Positions 49,832 through 60,268 are shown, numbered from the stretch's first letter. The stretch is 64,000 bases of DNA from an uncultured Microthrixaceae bacterium (GCA_963809335.1 CAWEJD010000003.1:1592-65591); one strand, 5' to 3'. A program made the numbers and translations. The notes: generated by a model from the letters alone, not told the origin.

Positions 49832-50700
49832 CGCCCTCGTTCCCGTCCCCTCGCCACGACCGAGTCGCAGGCCTCGAGCAGGGCGGGGAGGAACACCTCG
49901 GGATCGGTGCCGCACACGCCGTGGTCGCCGGGCACCGGGTGCACCGTCGCCCCCGTGACCTCGGCGAGCCGTCGCTGGCGATGGGGTGGCACGACGGAGT
50001 CGTACTCGGTCACGACCACCGCCACCGGGAGGTCGACGCCGCCGATCCACTCGTGCGACGAGAAGCCGGCCAGGGCCTGGCCCGCCTCCACCACCATCCG
50101 GGTGTCGTTCTGGATCACCTGCTGGCGGGCCCACCGACCGAACTCGGACCGGTCGAAGCGCGCGTCGAGCAACCGGCTGCCGACGGAGCGCTGCACCCGA
50201 CGGGGGGTGGCCCGGACGATGAGCGACGCCATGCCCGCCATCGACGCCATGGCCCGTCCGCCTCGGCCGCTCGTGCCGAAGTTCCGGCTGGTCGCGCACA
50301 GGACCAGGCCGTCGACCCGCTCGGGGTGCCGCCGCCACACGAGCTGGGCGATCGGCCCGCCCATCGAGTAGCCGACGGGGATGATCCGGTCGATCCCCAG
50401 CTCGTCGGCCAGGGCCACGACGTCGTCGGCGCAGTCCTCGAGTCGGAACCGTCGCCAGGTGCGGATGCCCCGACCGTGGCCCCGGTGGTCGAGGGCCACC
50501 ACGTTGACGTGACGGGCCAGCGGCTCGAAGGCGGCGAACCAGTTGAGCGCGGCGTTGACCGTCCAGCCGTGGAGCAGCACGACCGTCGGCGCCCCGGGCG
50601 GCCCGTCGATCCCGCGAACGAACGTCGTGCCCCGGCCCGGCAGCTCGACCGGGCGACCGGGCGGCAGGCCGGTGGGGTCGGGCACCACATCGCCGCTCAC
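49819..50700 (-). CDS. alpha/beta hydrolase
   Basis: Motifs VVLLHGW, DHRGHGRG and nucleophile elbow GYSMGG. The likely start is GTG 50700, because the longer ORF start would overlap greA. The 3' end overlaps ppx by 13 nt. Confidence 0.75.
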   Translation of the reverse strand: MSGDVVPDPTGLPPGRPVELPGRGTTFVRGIDGPPGAPTVVLLHGWTVNAALNWFAAFEPLARHVNVVALDHRGHGRGIRTWRRFRLEDCADDVVALADELGIDRIIPVGYSMGGPIAQLVWRRHPERVDGLVLCATSRNFGTSGRGGRAMASMAGMASLIVRATPRRVQRSVGSRLLDARFDRSEFGRWARQQVIQNDTRMVVEAGQALAGFSSHEWIGGVDLPVAVVVTEYDSVVPPHRQRRLAEVTGATVHPVPGDHGVCGTDPEVFLPALLEACDSVVARGRERGRQAG

Positions 50701-50713
50701 GACCCGTGCTCCG

Positions 50714-51181
50714 TCAGGCCTCGATGTCGATGATCTCGACCTTGAGCACGCCGCCCGGTGCCTCGAAGTCGACCACGTCACCGATGGCCCGGCCGAGCAG
50801 GGCGGACCCCAGCGGCGAGCCCGGGGACACCACGTCGAGCTCGTCGTGGCGCTCCTCGATCGAGCCGATGAGGAAGGTCTCGGGTTCGTCGTCGCCCTCG
50901 TAGGTGATGGTGACGATCGAGCCCGTCTGCACGTGGTCGCTCTCGGTCACGTCGACGATCTCGCAGTCGAGCAGCACGGCGGCCAGGTGGTTGATCCGGG
51001 CCTCCATCTTGCCCTGCTCCTCCTTGGCGGCGTGGTAGTCGCCGTTCTCCTTGAGGTCGCCGAGCTCGCGGGCCGCCTGGATCTTGCGGGCGATGTCGGT
51101 ACGGCCGTGCGACACGAGGTTGTCGTGCTCGGCCCTCAGCCGGTCGTACGCCGTTTGGGAGAGGTGATGGATGTCAGCCAC
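50714..51181 (-). CDS. greA: transcription elongation factor GreA
   Basis: Intact 155-aa ORF containing ARELGDLKENGDYHAAKEEQG. Confidence 0.93.
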   Translation of the reverse strand: MADIHHLSQTAYDRLRAEHDNLVSHGRTDIARKIQAARELGDLKENGDYHAAKEEQGKMEARINHLAAVLLDCEIVDVTESDHVQTGSIVTITYEGDDEPETFLIGSIEERHDELDVVSPGSPLGSALLGRAIGDVVDFEAPGGVLKVEIIDIEA

Positions 51182-51208
51182 GGCGCCATGGTAGCGAGCA
51201 CCCGTCGA

Positions 51209-52168
51209 TCACCCTGCGGCGGCGGTGACCTCGATGGCGATCTTCTGGTCCGGCCGCTCGTCGATCGGCCCCTGCAGCAGGCGGAACAGGATGTCGCCCG
51301 AGGCCTCGAGGCTCGAGGCCGCCGGCAGGATCTGGGTGAGGTCGGTCTGCTGGGTGCCGGACCCGTCGATGTGGAAGGCCAGCAGCTCGGCGGTGACCCC
51401 GGCGGGCAGCCCGGCGAAGGGCACCGGTCCCAGGGGGGCGGTCTGGGCGTACTTCAGCTCCAGGTCGATCTTGTTGGTGGTCAGGTGGGTCAGCGACACG
51501 GAGTAGGTGGCCGAGGAGTTGAGCCCGTCGAAGTCGAGCGACACCGGAACCTTCCAGACCGCTCCCTCGCCGACCGGCTCGGTCGGGAAGCTGAGGATCA
51601 GCTGCTGGAGGCTGTTGCTCAGCCGGGCGAGCCACAGCGTGGCGACGGCGTCGAGCCCCGGCGGCGGGTCGGCGTGGAACGATGTCACCGTCCCCGTCGG
51701 TCGCATGGCGAGCGACCCGGTGACGCCGACGAGCGACCGGAACGAGGCCTGGGCCTGGGCCGCCACGGCCGCGGTCGTCGCGCTCGTGTCGATCGTGATC
51801 GATGCGAACCGGAACGTGCCCCGGATCGTGCCGTCGGGATCGACGGCGTCGACGGTGGTGGTGACCTCGGCGGTGATCGGCGGCACCGCGACCGGACCGC
51901 TCCCCGCGTAGCTCGACGCGTAGCTGGTGTGCTCGACGTAGGACACCTTGGTCTGGAAGCTGGCGCCCACCGCCGGGTGGAACCGCAGCTGCCGGCGGGG
52001 CTCCGAGCCGTTGTAGACGTCGGTGGCCGACGACGGCACGGTGTCGAGCGGCAGCGTGTCGGCCGTGGTCGAAGTCGAGGTCGGCGCCGACGAGGCGTGC
52101 GTGCGGCCTGAGCTGCACGCCACCAGCGCGGCGCAGAGGGCCAGCGCCACGACCACACCCAGGACCAT
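51209..52168 (-). CDS. putative lipoprotein (hypothetical)
   Basis: Intact ORF. Signal peptide with lipobox MVLGVVVALALCAALVAC, followed by an S/T-rich linker. An alternative GTG start lies at 52186. Confidence 0.6.
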   Translation of the reverse strand: MVLGVVVALALCAALVACSSGRTHASSAPTSTSTTADTLPLDTVPSSATDVYNGSEPRRQLRFHPAVGASFQTKVSYVEHTSYASSYAGSGPVAVPPITAEVTTTVDAVDPDGTIRGTFRFASITIDTSATTAAVAAQAQASFRSLVGVTGSLAMRPTGTVTSFHADPPPGLDAVATLWLARLSNSLQQLILSFPTEPVGEGAVWKVPVSLDFDGLNSSATYSVSLTHLTTNKIDLELKYAQTAPLGPVPFAGLPAGVTAELLAFHIDGSGTQQTDLTQILPAASSLEASGDILFRLLQGPIDERPDQKIAIEVTAAAG

Positions 52169-52248
52169 CCGCCGTCGTCGCGCCACGGACGGGATCCTAG
52201 ATGCCTGCCAGGTTGACGAACGCAGACCGCGCCAGCACACTGTGCGGA

Positions 52249-52290
52249 GTGTTCGACACCTCACCTGCCGACATCATCATCATCGACTAG
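52249..52290 (+). CDS. putative leader peptide VFDTSPADIIIID (13 codons, four consecutive Ile codons)
   Basis: GTG TTC GAC ACC TCA CCT GCC GAC ATC ATC ATC ATC GAC TAG. The stop abuts a 10-bp hairpin (52289-52315) and a terminator, about 70 nt upstream of leuB. Confidence 0.55.
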   Translation: MFDTSPADIIIID

Positions 52291-52320
52291 CGCGCACCAC
52301 GTGGTGGTGTGCGCTCCTGA

Positions 52321-52350
52321 CCGTCCACTCCGGTGGGCGGTTTTCTCGTT
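52321..52350 (+). terminator. intrinsic terminator of the leuB-ilvE-cimA attenuator
   Basis: CCGTCCAC-TCCG-GTGGGCGG forms an 8-bp stem with one G-U pair, followed by TTTTCTCGTT. It ends 3 nt before the leuB RBS GGGAG. Confidence 0.6.
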
Positions 52351-52359
52351 CTAGGGAGC

Positions 52360-53370
52360 ATGTCCGTGCCTGACCAGTCCAACAGCTCGCAGCCCCACCG
52401 CGTCGGGGTCATCGGCGGCGACGGCATCGGCCCCGAGGTCATCGCCGAGGCCCTGAAGGTCGTCGCCGCGGCCGGGGTCGAGCTCGACACCGTCGACTAC
52501 GACCTCGGCGGCGCCCGCTACCTGCGCGACGGCGTGGTGCTCACCGATGAGATCGTCGAGGAGTGGCGGGGTCTCGACGCGCTGCTGGTCGGGGCCGTCG
52601 GCACCCCCGACGTGCCCCCGGGGCTGATCGAGCGGGGTCTGCTGCTGAAGATGCGCTTCGACCTCGACCTCTACATCAACCAGCGCCCCTTCGTGGCCCC
52701 CGACGGGAGCCACGACTTCATCGTGATCCGCGAGAACACCGAGGGCACCTACGCGGGCGAGGGCGGGTTCCTGCGCAAGGGCACGCCCCACGAGGTCGCC
52801 ACGCAGGGATCGGTCAACACCCGCATGGGCGTCGAGCGCTGCGTCCGCTACGCCTTCGAACTGGCCCGCAGCCGCCCCCGCCGCCACCTCACGCTGGTGC
52901 ACAAGACCAACGTGCTCACCTTCGCCGGCGACCTGTGGGAGCGGACCTTCGACGAGGTCGCGGCCGAGTTCCCCGACGTCTCCACCGGCTACAACCACGT
53001 CGACGCCGCCTGCATCTACTTCGTGCAGTCGCCCGGTCAGTACGACGTCATCGTCACCGACAACCTGTTCGGCGACATCCTCACCGACCTCGGCGGGGCC
53101 GTCTCCGGCGGCATCGGCCTGGCGTCGTCGGGCAACCTCAACCCGGCCCGCACGGGCCCGTCGATGTTCGAGCCGGTGCACGGCTCGGCCCCCGACATCG
53201 CCGGCCAGCAGAAGGCCAACCCGGTCGCCGCCATCCTGTCGGCCACCATGATGCTCGAGTACCTGGGCGAGGCCGATGCCGCCGCCCGCATCCGCAAGGC
53301 GTGCGCCGACACCTCGTCGCTCGTCGGCTCCACGTCCGAGGTCGGCGACCTCGTCGTCAACCGTCTCTGA
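52360..53370 (+). CDS. leuB: 3-isopropylmalate dehydrogenase
   Basis: Intact ORF with [13 protein letters not shown] and [12 protein letters not shown]. Start is ATG 52360 or GTG 52366; the latter is better spaced from GGGAG. Confidence 0.93.
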   Translation: MSVPDQSNSSQPHRVGVIGGDGIGPEVIAEALKVVAAAGVELDTVDYDLGGARYLRDGVVLTDEIVEEWRGLDALLVGAVGTPDVPPGLIERGLLLKMRFDLDLYINQRPFVAPDGSHDFIVIRENTEGTYAGEGGFLRKGTPHEVATQGSVNTRMGVERCVRYAFELARSRPRRHLTLVHKTNVLTFAGDLWERTFDEVAAEFPDVSTGYNHVDAACIYFVQSPGQYDVIVTDNLFGDILTDLGGAVSGGIGLASSGNLNPARTGPSMFEPVHGSAPDIAGQQKANPVAAILSATMMLEYLGEADAAARIRKACADTSSLVGSTSEVGDLVVNRL

Positions 53371-53382
53371 GGGGATCATCCC

Positions 53383-54300
53383 ATGGCCATCACACCCACC
53401 GACAAGATCTGGATGAACGGCGAGCTCGTCGACTGGGACGCGGCCCAGATCCACATCCTCACCCACACCCTGCACTACGGCATGGGCGTGTTCGAGGGGG
53501 TGCGGGCCTACGAGACCGAGGACGGGCCGGCGGTGTTCCGCCTCACCGAGCACATCGAGCGGCTGTTCAACTCGGCCCGCATCATGATGATGGACATCCC
53601 CTACACGGTCGACGAGCTGGTCGCCGCCACCCGGGAGGTGGTGCGGGCGTCCGGGCTGCCGTCGTGCTACATCCGGCCGATCGCCTACTACGGCTACGGC
53701 GAGATGGGCCTGAACACCATCCCGTGCTCGGTCGACGTGGCCATCGCCTGCTGGCCGTGGGGGGCGTACCTGGGCGACGATGCGCTGTCCAAGGGCGTGC
53801 GCATGAAGATCTCGTCGTGGGTGCGCCACGACCACAACACCATGCCGCCGGCGTCGAAGACCACCGGCAACTACGTCAACTCGTCGCTGGCCAAGGTCGA
53901 GGCCCTCAAGGCCGGCTACGACGAGGCCATCATGCTCAGCCCGCAGGGGTTCGTGAGCGAGTGCACCGGCGAGAACATCTTCGCGGCGCGCGACGGCGTG
54001 CTGATCACCCCGCCGATCGCGGCCGGCGCCCTCGAGGGCATCACCCAGGACTCGGTCATGACCATCGCCCGTGACCTCGGCTTCGAGACCCGCTTCGACT
54101 ACCTCACCCGCAGCGACCTCTACGTCTGCGAGGAGATGTTCGTGTGCGGCACCGCGGCCGAGGTCAGCGCGGTGAACTCGGTCGACGACCGCCCGATCTA
54201 CTGCCCCGGGCCCATGACCGCGGCCATCGCATCGGAGTACGGCAAGGCCGTGCGCGGCCAGGTCGACCGCTACAAGAACTGGCTCGACTATGTCGAGTGA
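53383..54300 (+). CDS. ilvE: branched-chain amino acid aminotransferase (class IV)
   Basis: Intact 305-aa ORF with [30 protein letters not shown] and [10 protein letters not shown]. Confidence 0.93.
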   Translation: MAITPTDKIWMNGELVDWDAAQIHILTHTLHYGMGVFEGVRAYETEDGPAVFRLTEHIERLFNSARIMMMDIPYTVDELVAATREVVRASGLPSCYIRPIAYYGYGEMGLNTIPCSVDVAIACWPWGAYLGDDALSKGVRMKISSWVRHDHNTMPPASKTTGNYVNSSLAKVEALKAGYDEAIMLSPQGFVSECTGENIFAARDGVLITPPIAAGALEGITQDSVMTIARDLGFETRFDYLTRSDLYVCEEMFVCGTAAEVSAVNSVDDRPIYCPGPMTAAIASEYGKAVRGQVDRYKNWLDYVE

Positions 54301-55899
54301 CGCCGGCGGTCCCGACCTCGGTCGAGATCTTCGACACGACGCTGCGCGACGGCGCGCAGTTCGAGGGCATCTCGCTCACGGTCGAGGACAAGCTCCGCGT
54401 CGCCGAGCAGCTCGACTGGCTCGGCGTCCGCTGGATCGAGGGCGGCTATCCGCAGGCCAACCCGAAGGACGCCGAGTTCTTCACCCGGGCCCCGAAGGAG
54501 CTGAAGCTGTCGACCGCCGAGCTGCTGGCGTTCGGCTCGACCCGGCGCCCGGCCGGCAAGGTCGACGTCGACCCCACCCTCGAGGCGTTGGTGCGAGGCC
54601 GAGACCTCGACGGTGTGCATCGTGGGCAAGAGCTGGGACTTCCACGTCACCGAGGCGCTGCAGACCACCCTCGACGAGGGCGTGGCCATGGTGGGCGAGT
54701 CGGTGCAGTTCCTGAAGGACGCAGGCCGTCGGGTGTTCTTCGACGCCGAGCACTTCTTCGACGGCTACAAGGCCAACCCCGAGTACGCCCTGCGGGTGCT
54801 CGAGGCCGCCGCGGCCAACGGGGCCGACTGCGTGGTGCTGTGCGACACCAACGGCGGATCGCTGCCTCACGAGGTGCAGCGGATCACGAGCGAGGTCACC
54901 GCCTACCTCGGGTCGGTGCCGGTCGGCATCCACACCCAGAACGACTCCGGCTGCGCGGTCGCCAACTCGATCGCCGCCGTGCTCGGCGGCGCCAGCCAGG
55001 TGCAGGGCACGATCAACGGCTACGGCGAGCGCACCGGCAACGCCAACCTGATGACGGTCATCCCCGACCTCACCCTCAAGCTCGGCATCGCCACCCTGCC
55101 GGAGGGTCGGCTCGAGCGGCTGACCGCGGTCAGCCGCCACGTCGCCGAGCTGGTGAACCTGCCGCCCCACCCCGCCGATCCGTTCGTCGGCACCTCCGCG
55201 TTCGCCCACAAGGGCGGCCTGCACACCTCGGCACTCGGACGGGCGGGCGGCGCCACCTACGAGCACATCGACCCGACCGCGGTCGGCAACCACACCCGGG
55301 TGCTGGTGTCCGATCTCGGTGGCCGGGCCGGCATGTCGATGAAGGCCCGCGAGCTGGGCGTCGACCTCGACGACCGGGCCGCCGGGGTGCTGAGCGAGGA
55401 GCTGAAGCAGCTCGAGTCGCGGGGCTGGCTGTTCGAGGCGGCCGACGCGTCGCTCGAGCTGCTGATGCGCCGGGCCGCCGGGTGGGAGCACGACTTCTTC
55501 GACGTCGAGGCCTATCGGGTGACCTCCTATCACCGCGAGGGGCCGGTCATGCCCGTCGACGAGGTCGAGGTCACCGTCGAGGCCACCGTGAAGCTGTGGA
55601 TCGACGGCCAGCGCATCGCCGCGGTGGGGGAGGGCAACGGCCCCATCAACGCCCTCGACGTGGCCGTGCGGGCCGCGCTGAACGGGCGCTACCCGGCGCT
55701 CGAGCGCATCCACCTCACCGACTTCAAGGTGCGGGTGCTCGACGGGGGTGCGGCCACCGGCGCCGTGGTGCGGGTGCTCATCGACTCGACCAACGGCGAC
55801 GACGTGTGGACCACCGTCGGGGTCGACACCAACGTGATCGAGGCCGCCTGGCGGGCGCTGATCGACTCGTTCGTCTACGGCCTGCTGCACACCTCGTAG
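54297..55899 (+). CDS. cimA: citramalate synthase (LeuA/CimA family, short form with LeuA-dimer domain); one frameshift as sequenced
   Basis: The GTG start overlaps the ilvE stop (GTGA). Motifs [11 protein letters not shown] and [13 protein letters not shown], with a C-terminal regulatory domain. About 530 aa, distinct from the long LeuA at the window start. Frame switch near 54605. Confidence 0.82.
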
Positions 55900-55910
55900 G
55901 CTGGGTGGCG

Positions 55911-56484
55911 ATGGCTGCTCCGGAGTACGTCCCCCATCCCCCGACCGACAAGCCCCGCGTCTACGAGTCCCCGCCGTGGGACGGCGAGGCGTGGCTGGCC
56001 GACCGACCGGGCGAGCTCGTCCGGGCGCCAGCCGCTCGGGCCCCGGCTGGGCTACCCCGGCCCCGACCAGGGCTACGCCATCAAGCTGGCCAACGGCTTC
56101 GACGACCGGCTGGTGCTGGCCCCGGGGGAGCACGCCGAGGACGTCAAGGCCGGGTGCACCGCGGTGGCGCTCAAGCGGGCGTCGCTGTTCGGCCGGGCGC
56201 CGATGGTGCACGACCTGACCGCCGCGTTCACCATCTGGGGCTTCCTCGCCGAGGCCGACGCCGAGCTGGTGCGGCTGCGCAAGCCGCTGTTCGAAGAGGT
56301 GTCGAGCGTCCACCACTACATGGAGCGCCGCAAGGTCGCCGATCTCGTGCCGCAGGCGGTGCTGCGGCTGCGCCACCAGGAGATCGCCAAGATCGCGGCG
56401 CAGGACTGGCGGGCGTTCTTCAAGCGCCGCTCGGCCGCCACGCCGGCCGCAGCGCCACCCGCGCCGGCCCCCGCCGCGGGCTGA
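55911..56484 (+). CDS. hypothetical protein; one frameshift as sequenced
   Basis: Start is ATG 55911. Third positions are G/C-rich. Pieces lie in two frames, with a switch near 56025. I recognise no family. Confidence 0.5.
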
Positions 56485-56485
56485 C

Positions 56486-57344
56486 GTGCAGCGCACCACG
56501 GTCGCGGTCGACGACCCCGAGGTCGGGCCGCTCCGGTTCGACGCCGTGGTCGAGGGCGATCCCTCGGGCGAGCCGGTGCTGCTGCTGCACGGCTTCCCCG
56601 AGACGTCGCAGTCGTGGAACCACCAGGTGCCGGCGCTGGTCGAGGCCGGCTACCGCGTGGTGGCCCCCGACCAGCGGGGCTACTCGCCCGGGGCGCGCCC
56701 TGCGCAACCGTCGGCGTACCGCTCAGATCGGCTCGTGGCCGACGTGTTGGCGATGGCCGATGCGCTCGGGTATCGACCGGTTCCACCTGGTCGGTCACGA
56801 CTGGGGAGGGGCGGTCGCCTGGCAGGTGGCCGGGCGCCATCCCGATCGGTTGCGCACGCTGACGGTGATCTCGACCCCGCACCCGGCGGCATTCGGTGCC
56901 GCTCTGGCCGGCGAGGGCGGGTCGGACCAGGCGGACCGCTCGGGCTACATGGAGTTCTTCCGGACCGAGGGCAGCGAGCAGGTGATGCTGGCCGATGACG
57001 CCGGCCTGCTGAAGCTGGTGTACCTGGGCAGCGGGTTGACCGAGCAGGAGGCGGCTCCGTACCTCGAGGCCATGTCGACGCCCGAGGCGCTGGGCGCGGC
57101 GCTCAACTGGTACCGGGCGGCGGACATCACGTTGGTCGACGGGCTCGGGCCGATCGTGGCGCCGACGCTCTACATCTGGAGCACGAACGACGTGGCTCTC
57201 GGCCGGGAGGCGGCGGAGGCGACCGCTCGATTCGTCGAGGGGCCCTACCGGTTCGAGGAGCTCGACGGCGTCGACCACTGGGTGGCCGAGCACGCACCGG
57301 ATTCGGTGAACGCGCTGCTGCTCGAGCATCTCGGCGGGTCGTAG
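56486..57344 (+). CDS. alpha/beta hydrolase (epoxide-hydrolase-like); one frameshift as sequenced
   Basis: Motifs [24 protein letters not shown] and HLVGHDWGG. Frame switch near 56770. Confidence 0.8.
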
Positions 57345-57400
57345 CCGGCCGGCCACCTGGGGTGGCCGTGCCCCCGCCATCGGGGCTCATCCACCCCCAG

Positions 57401-57446
57401 CTGCCCTTCGGCACCGAATCGGCGCCGATTCGGTGCCAAAGGGCAG
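57401..57446. repeat. palindromic repeat copy (extended arms)
   Basis: CTGCCCTTCGGCACCGAATCGGCGCCGATTCGGTGCCAAAGGGCAG, between the convergent hydrolase and L,D-transpeptidase genes. Confidence 0.92.
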
Positions 57447-57635
57447 CCGGGGGATCCAGGTGTCGCTCGATCGGTCAGGGGAACGCGGCCCGGCGCGCAG
57501 GATTCGGCCCGCCGAATCCGCAGTCGCCGAATCCGTCGAATCGTCGACGATCCGTCGCACCCAGTCGGTCGCACCGGATCCGTCGCGCCGTCGGTCGCCG
57601 GATCGTCGCGCCGATCGCGATCGGCCGCCGCGCGC

Positions 57636-58474
57636 TCAGGCGGCGATCGTGATCGGCGTGCCAGCGGGCATCTGGTCGGCCAGCATCTGGTCGATGGCGT
57701 CGGGCATGCGCACGCACCCGTTCGACGCCTGCGTCCCGATCAGCTCGGGCTGGTTCGTCCCGTGGAACGCGAGCTGGGGCAGGCCCCCGTCGAACGAGTC
57801 GAGCGACTCCGAGTAGCCGTTGAGGGCGAGGATCCACGGTCCGTAGGCCCCGCCGGCGCTCTTCTGGATCTTCTCGGCGAGGTAGAAGGTGCCGACCGGC
57901 GTGAAGGTGGCGTCCTTGCCGATCACGACGTCGGTCTCGGCCACGAGCCGATCGCCGTCCCACGCCTTGAGGTGGAACGACGACTTCACCAGTTCGATGT
58001 GGGTGTGGGTCTCGCTCAACGTGACGTCGGACCGCTTGATCCAGCCCTCGGTGTGGTTGGGACGGGCCTGCAGCGCCACCTTCAGCCAGTCGCCGTCGTC
58101 CTCGGTCACCACGAACACCAGCGGGTTCTTGAAGTAGGTCGGGTTCTCGTAGGTGTACCCGTCGTCGGTCTTGGCCATGCCGGCCGAGTTCAGCCCCTTG
58201 CGGGGAATCGCCGCGCAGCTCGCCCCGTGGCGAAGGCTGCGTCGGTGGCGGTGACGGGCGTGACCGCGGTGTCCGGCCGGGCCTCGTACACGTGCACCTC
58301 GGGCACGGTGGCGGTGGCGATGACGGTGCGCCACGGGTCGGGGGCACCGGTCGTGGCCGTCGACGCCTCGGTGGCGGCCGGCCCGTCGGCCTCGGACTTG
58401 TTGCCGCTGCACGCGGCGACCGGCAACAGCACCGCGAAGAGGACGGCCAGCAGGAGTGGGAGGCGACGACGCAC
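57636..58474 (-). CDS. L,D-transpeptidase lipoprotein (YkuD domain); one frameshift as sequenced
   Basis: Signal peptide and lipobox RRRLPLLLAVLFAVLLPVAAC, with catalytic motif HGTNQPELIGTQASNGCVRM. Frame switch near 58215. Confidence 0.8.
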
Positions 58475-58581
58475 GGGGGACGAGCGTAGTCAGCCCGCCC
58501 TCTGGACTAGGCGCGGCTCCCGCCGGGTAGATGAGGACCGTCACACGATCCGATCGTCGGATCCGACCAGAGGAGATCATC

Positions 58582-58734
58582 ATGACCGTTGGAGCCGCTC
58601 TCGCCGTTATCGTCGTCGGTGTCCTGATCGCGGTGTTCCTGCAGCCGACGATCGGCCTGATCGTGGCCGCCATCGGCGTGGTGGGCCTGATCCTCGCCCT
58701 GGTCAGCACCAGCCGAGGCCGCGCCCGCATCTAG
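58582..58734 (+). CDS. hypothetical small two-TM protein
   Basis: Start is ATG 58582, 7 nt after GAGGAG. The 50-aa product is almost entirely hydrophobic (MTVGAALAVIVVGVLIAVFLQPTIGLIVAAIGVVGLILALV). Confidence 0.4.
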   Translation: MTVGAALAVIVVGVLIAVFLQPTIGLIVAAIGVVGLILALVSTSRGRARI

Positions 58735-58826
58735 GCGTCACCGCACCACCGCACGCCACACCGGACGCCCCTGACGTCGGCGGCAGGCGACCCGGAACGG
58801 GTGGGACCTCCCACTACGCTCGCCGG

Positions 58827-60250
58827 GTGCCTGCCGCCGACGTCCGCGTCCGATTCGCCCCCTCGCCAACGGGCTACCTCCACATCGGCGGGGCCCGGAC
58901 CGCCCTCTTCAACTGGCTCTTCGCCCGCCACACCGGCGGCCAGATGCTGCTGCGCATCGAGGACACCGACGCCGAGCGCAGCCAGCCCGAGCTGATCGAG
59001 GCCATCTTCACCGCCCTCGACTGGCTCGGCATCGACTTCGACGGCGAGCCCGTCCACCAGAGCGACCGACTGGCCGACCACATCGCCGCGGCCGAGCGCC
59101 TGCTGGCCGAGGGCAAGGCCTACCGGTGCGACTGCACCCAGGACGCGGTCAAGGCCCGCCACGAGCAGGCCGGCGGCCCGCCCGGCTACGACGGCTTCTG
59201 CCGCGACCGTGACGTCCAGCCCGGTCCCGGCGTGGTCGTGCGGTTCCGCACCCCCGACGAGGGCACCACCTCGTTCACCGACCTGGTCCGGGGCGAGGTG
59301 TCCTTCGAGAACGCCAACCTCGAGGACTTCGTCATCGTCCGCAGCTCCGGGCTGCCCATGTTCCTCGTGGCCAACGCGGTCGACGACGCGGCCATGGGCA
59401 TCACCCACATCGTCCGCGGCGAGGATCTCATCAACGTCACGCCCAAGGTGCTGCTGCTCCGCCAGGCCCTCGGCATCGACGACGTCCCCGTGTTCGCCCA
59501 CCTCCCGCTCATCGTCAACGAGCAGCGCAAGAAGCTGTCCAAGCGTCGCGACGACGTCTCCGTCGGCGACTACATCGACCGCGGCTACCTGCCCGAGGCC
59601 ATGGTCAACTACCTCGCCACCCTGGGGTGGGGAGCGCCCGACGGCGTCGAGATCCGCCCGCTGGCCGAGATCATCGAGCTGTTCCGGCTCGAGGACGTCA
59701 ACGCCTCGAGCGCCTTCTTCGACCTCAAGAAGCTGGCCCACTTCAACGGCGAGTACATCCGGGCCCTCCCGGTCGACGACTTCATCGAGCGGGCCCAGCC
59801 GTGGCTGCACGGCCCCGACGCCCCGTGGGCCGCGAACCCGGCGCGTTCGACGCCGACGTCTTCGCCGCCCTCGCCCCGCTGGTGCAGGAGCGGGTGAAGC
59901 GCCTCGACGAGGTGCCGGGCTACGTCGACTTCCTGTTCCTCGACGAGCCCCCGGTCGACGACGACTCGTGGCAGAAGGTCATGGTCAAGGGCCACGACCG
60001 CGCCGTGCTGGTGCTCGACGCGACCATCGACCTGCTCGCCGACCCCGACCTCGACTGGACCCCGGCGGCCATCAACGACGCGGTCATCGGGTGGATCGAT
60101 GCCAACGAGCTCAGCCGCAGCAAGGACCAGGCCCCGATCCGGGTGGCGGTCACCGGCCGAACCGTCGGGCCACCCCTCTGGGAGTCGCTGGCCGCGCTCG
60201 GCCGTGATCGCACCCTTGATCGACTGCGGTCCGCTCGCGCCCGACTCTGA
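58827..60250 (+). CDS. gltX: glutamyl-tRNA synthetase; one frameshift as sequenced
   Basis: HIGH motif PSPTGYLHIGGARTA and KMSKS-type motif KLSKR. Start is GTG 58827. Frame switch near 59830. Confidence 0.92.
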
Positions 60251-60268
60251 GCCGATGGTGGTCCGACC

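Noticed and set aside
52242-52373. An alternative reading of the ATCATCATCATC run as four His codons (CAT x4), which would suggest a histidine-type leader
   Set aside because: That frame does not stop before the hairpins; it runs on to 52373 through the terminator and the leuB start. The downstream genes are leuB-ilvE-cimA, not his genes. The Ile frame ends exactly at the base of the first hairpin, as the ilvB leader does.
54144-57344. A 1066-aa ORF on the plus strand
   Set aside because: Only its first ~150 aa (the cimA N-terminus), a short stretch at 55911 and its last ~190 aa (an alpha/beta hydrolase) are real protein sequence. The rest is Arg/Gly/Pro/Ala-rich out-of-frame read-through of cimA and neighbours.
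58475-58826. A T-box or other leader upstream of gltX, and a hairpin GATCCGA-TCG-TCGGATC at 58547-58563
   Set aside because: The region is occupied by a small hydrophobic ORF and is too short for a T-box. No specifier-loop or T-box sequence is recognisable, and the hairpin is short and isolated.
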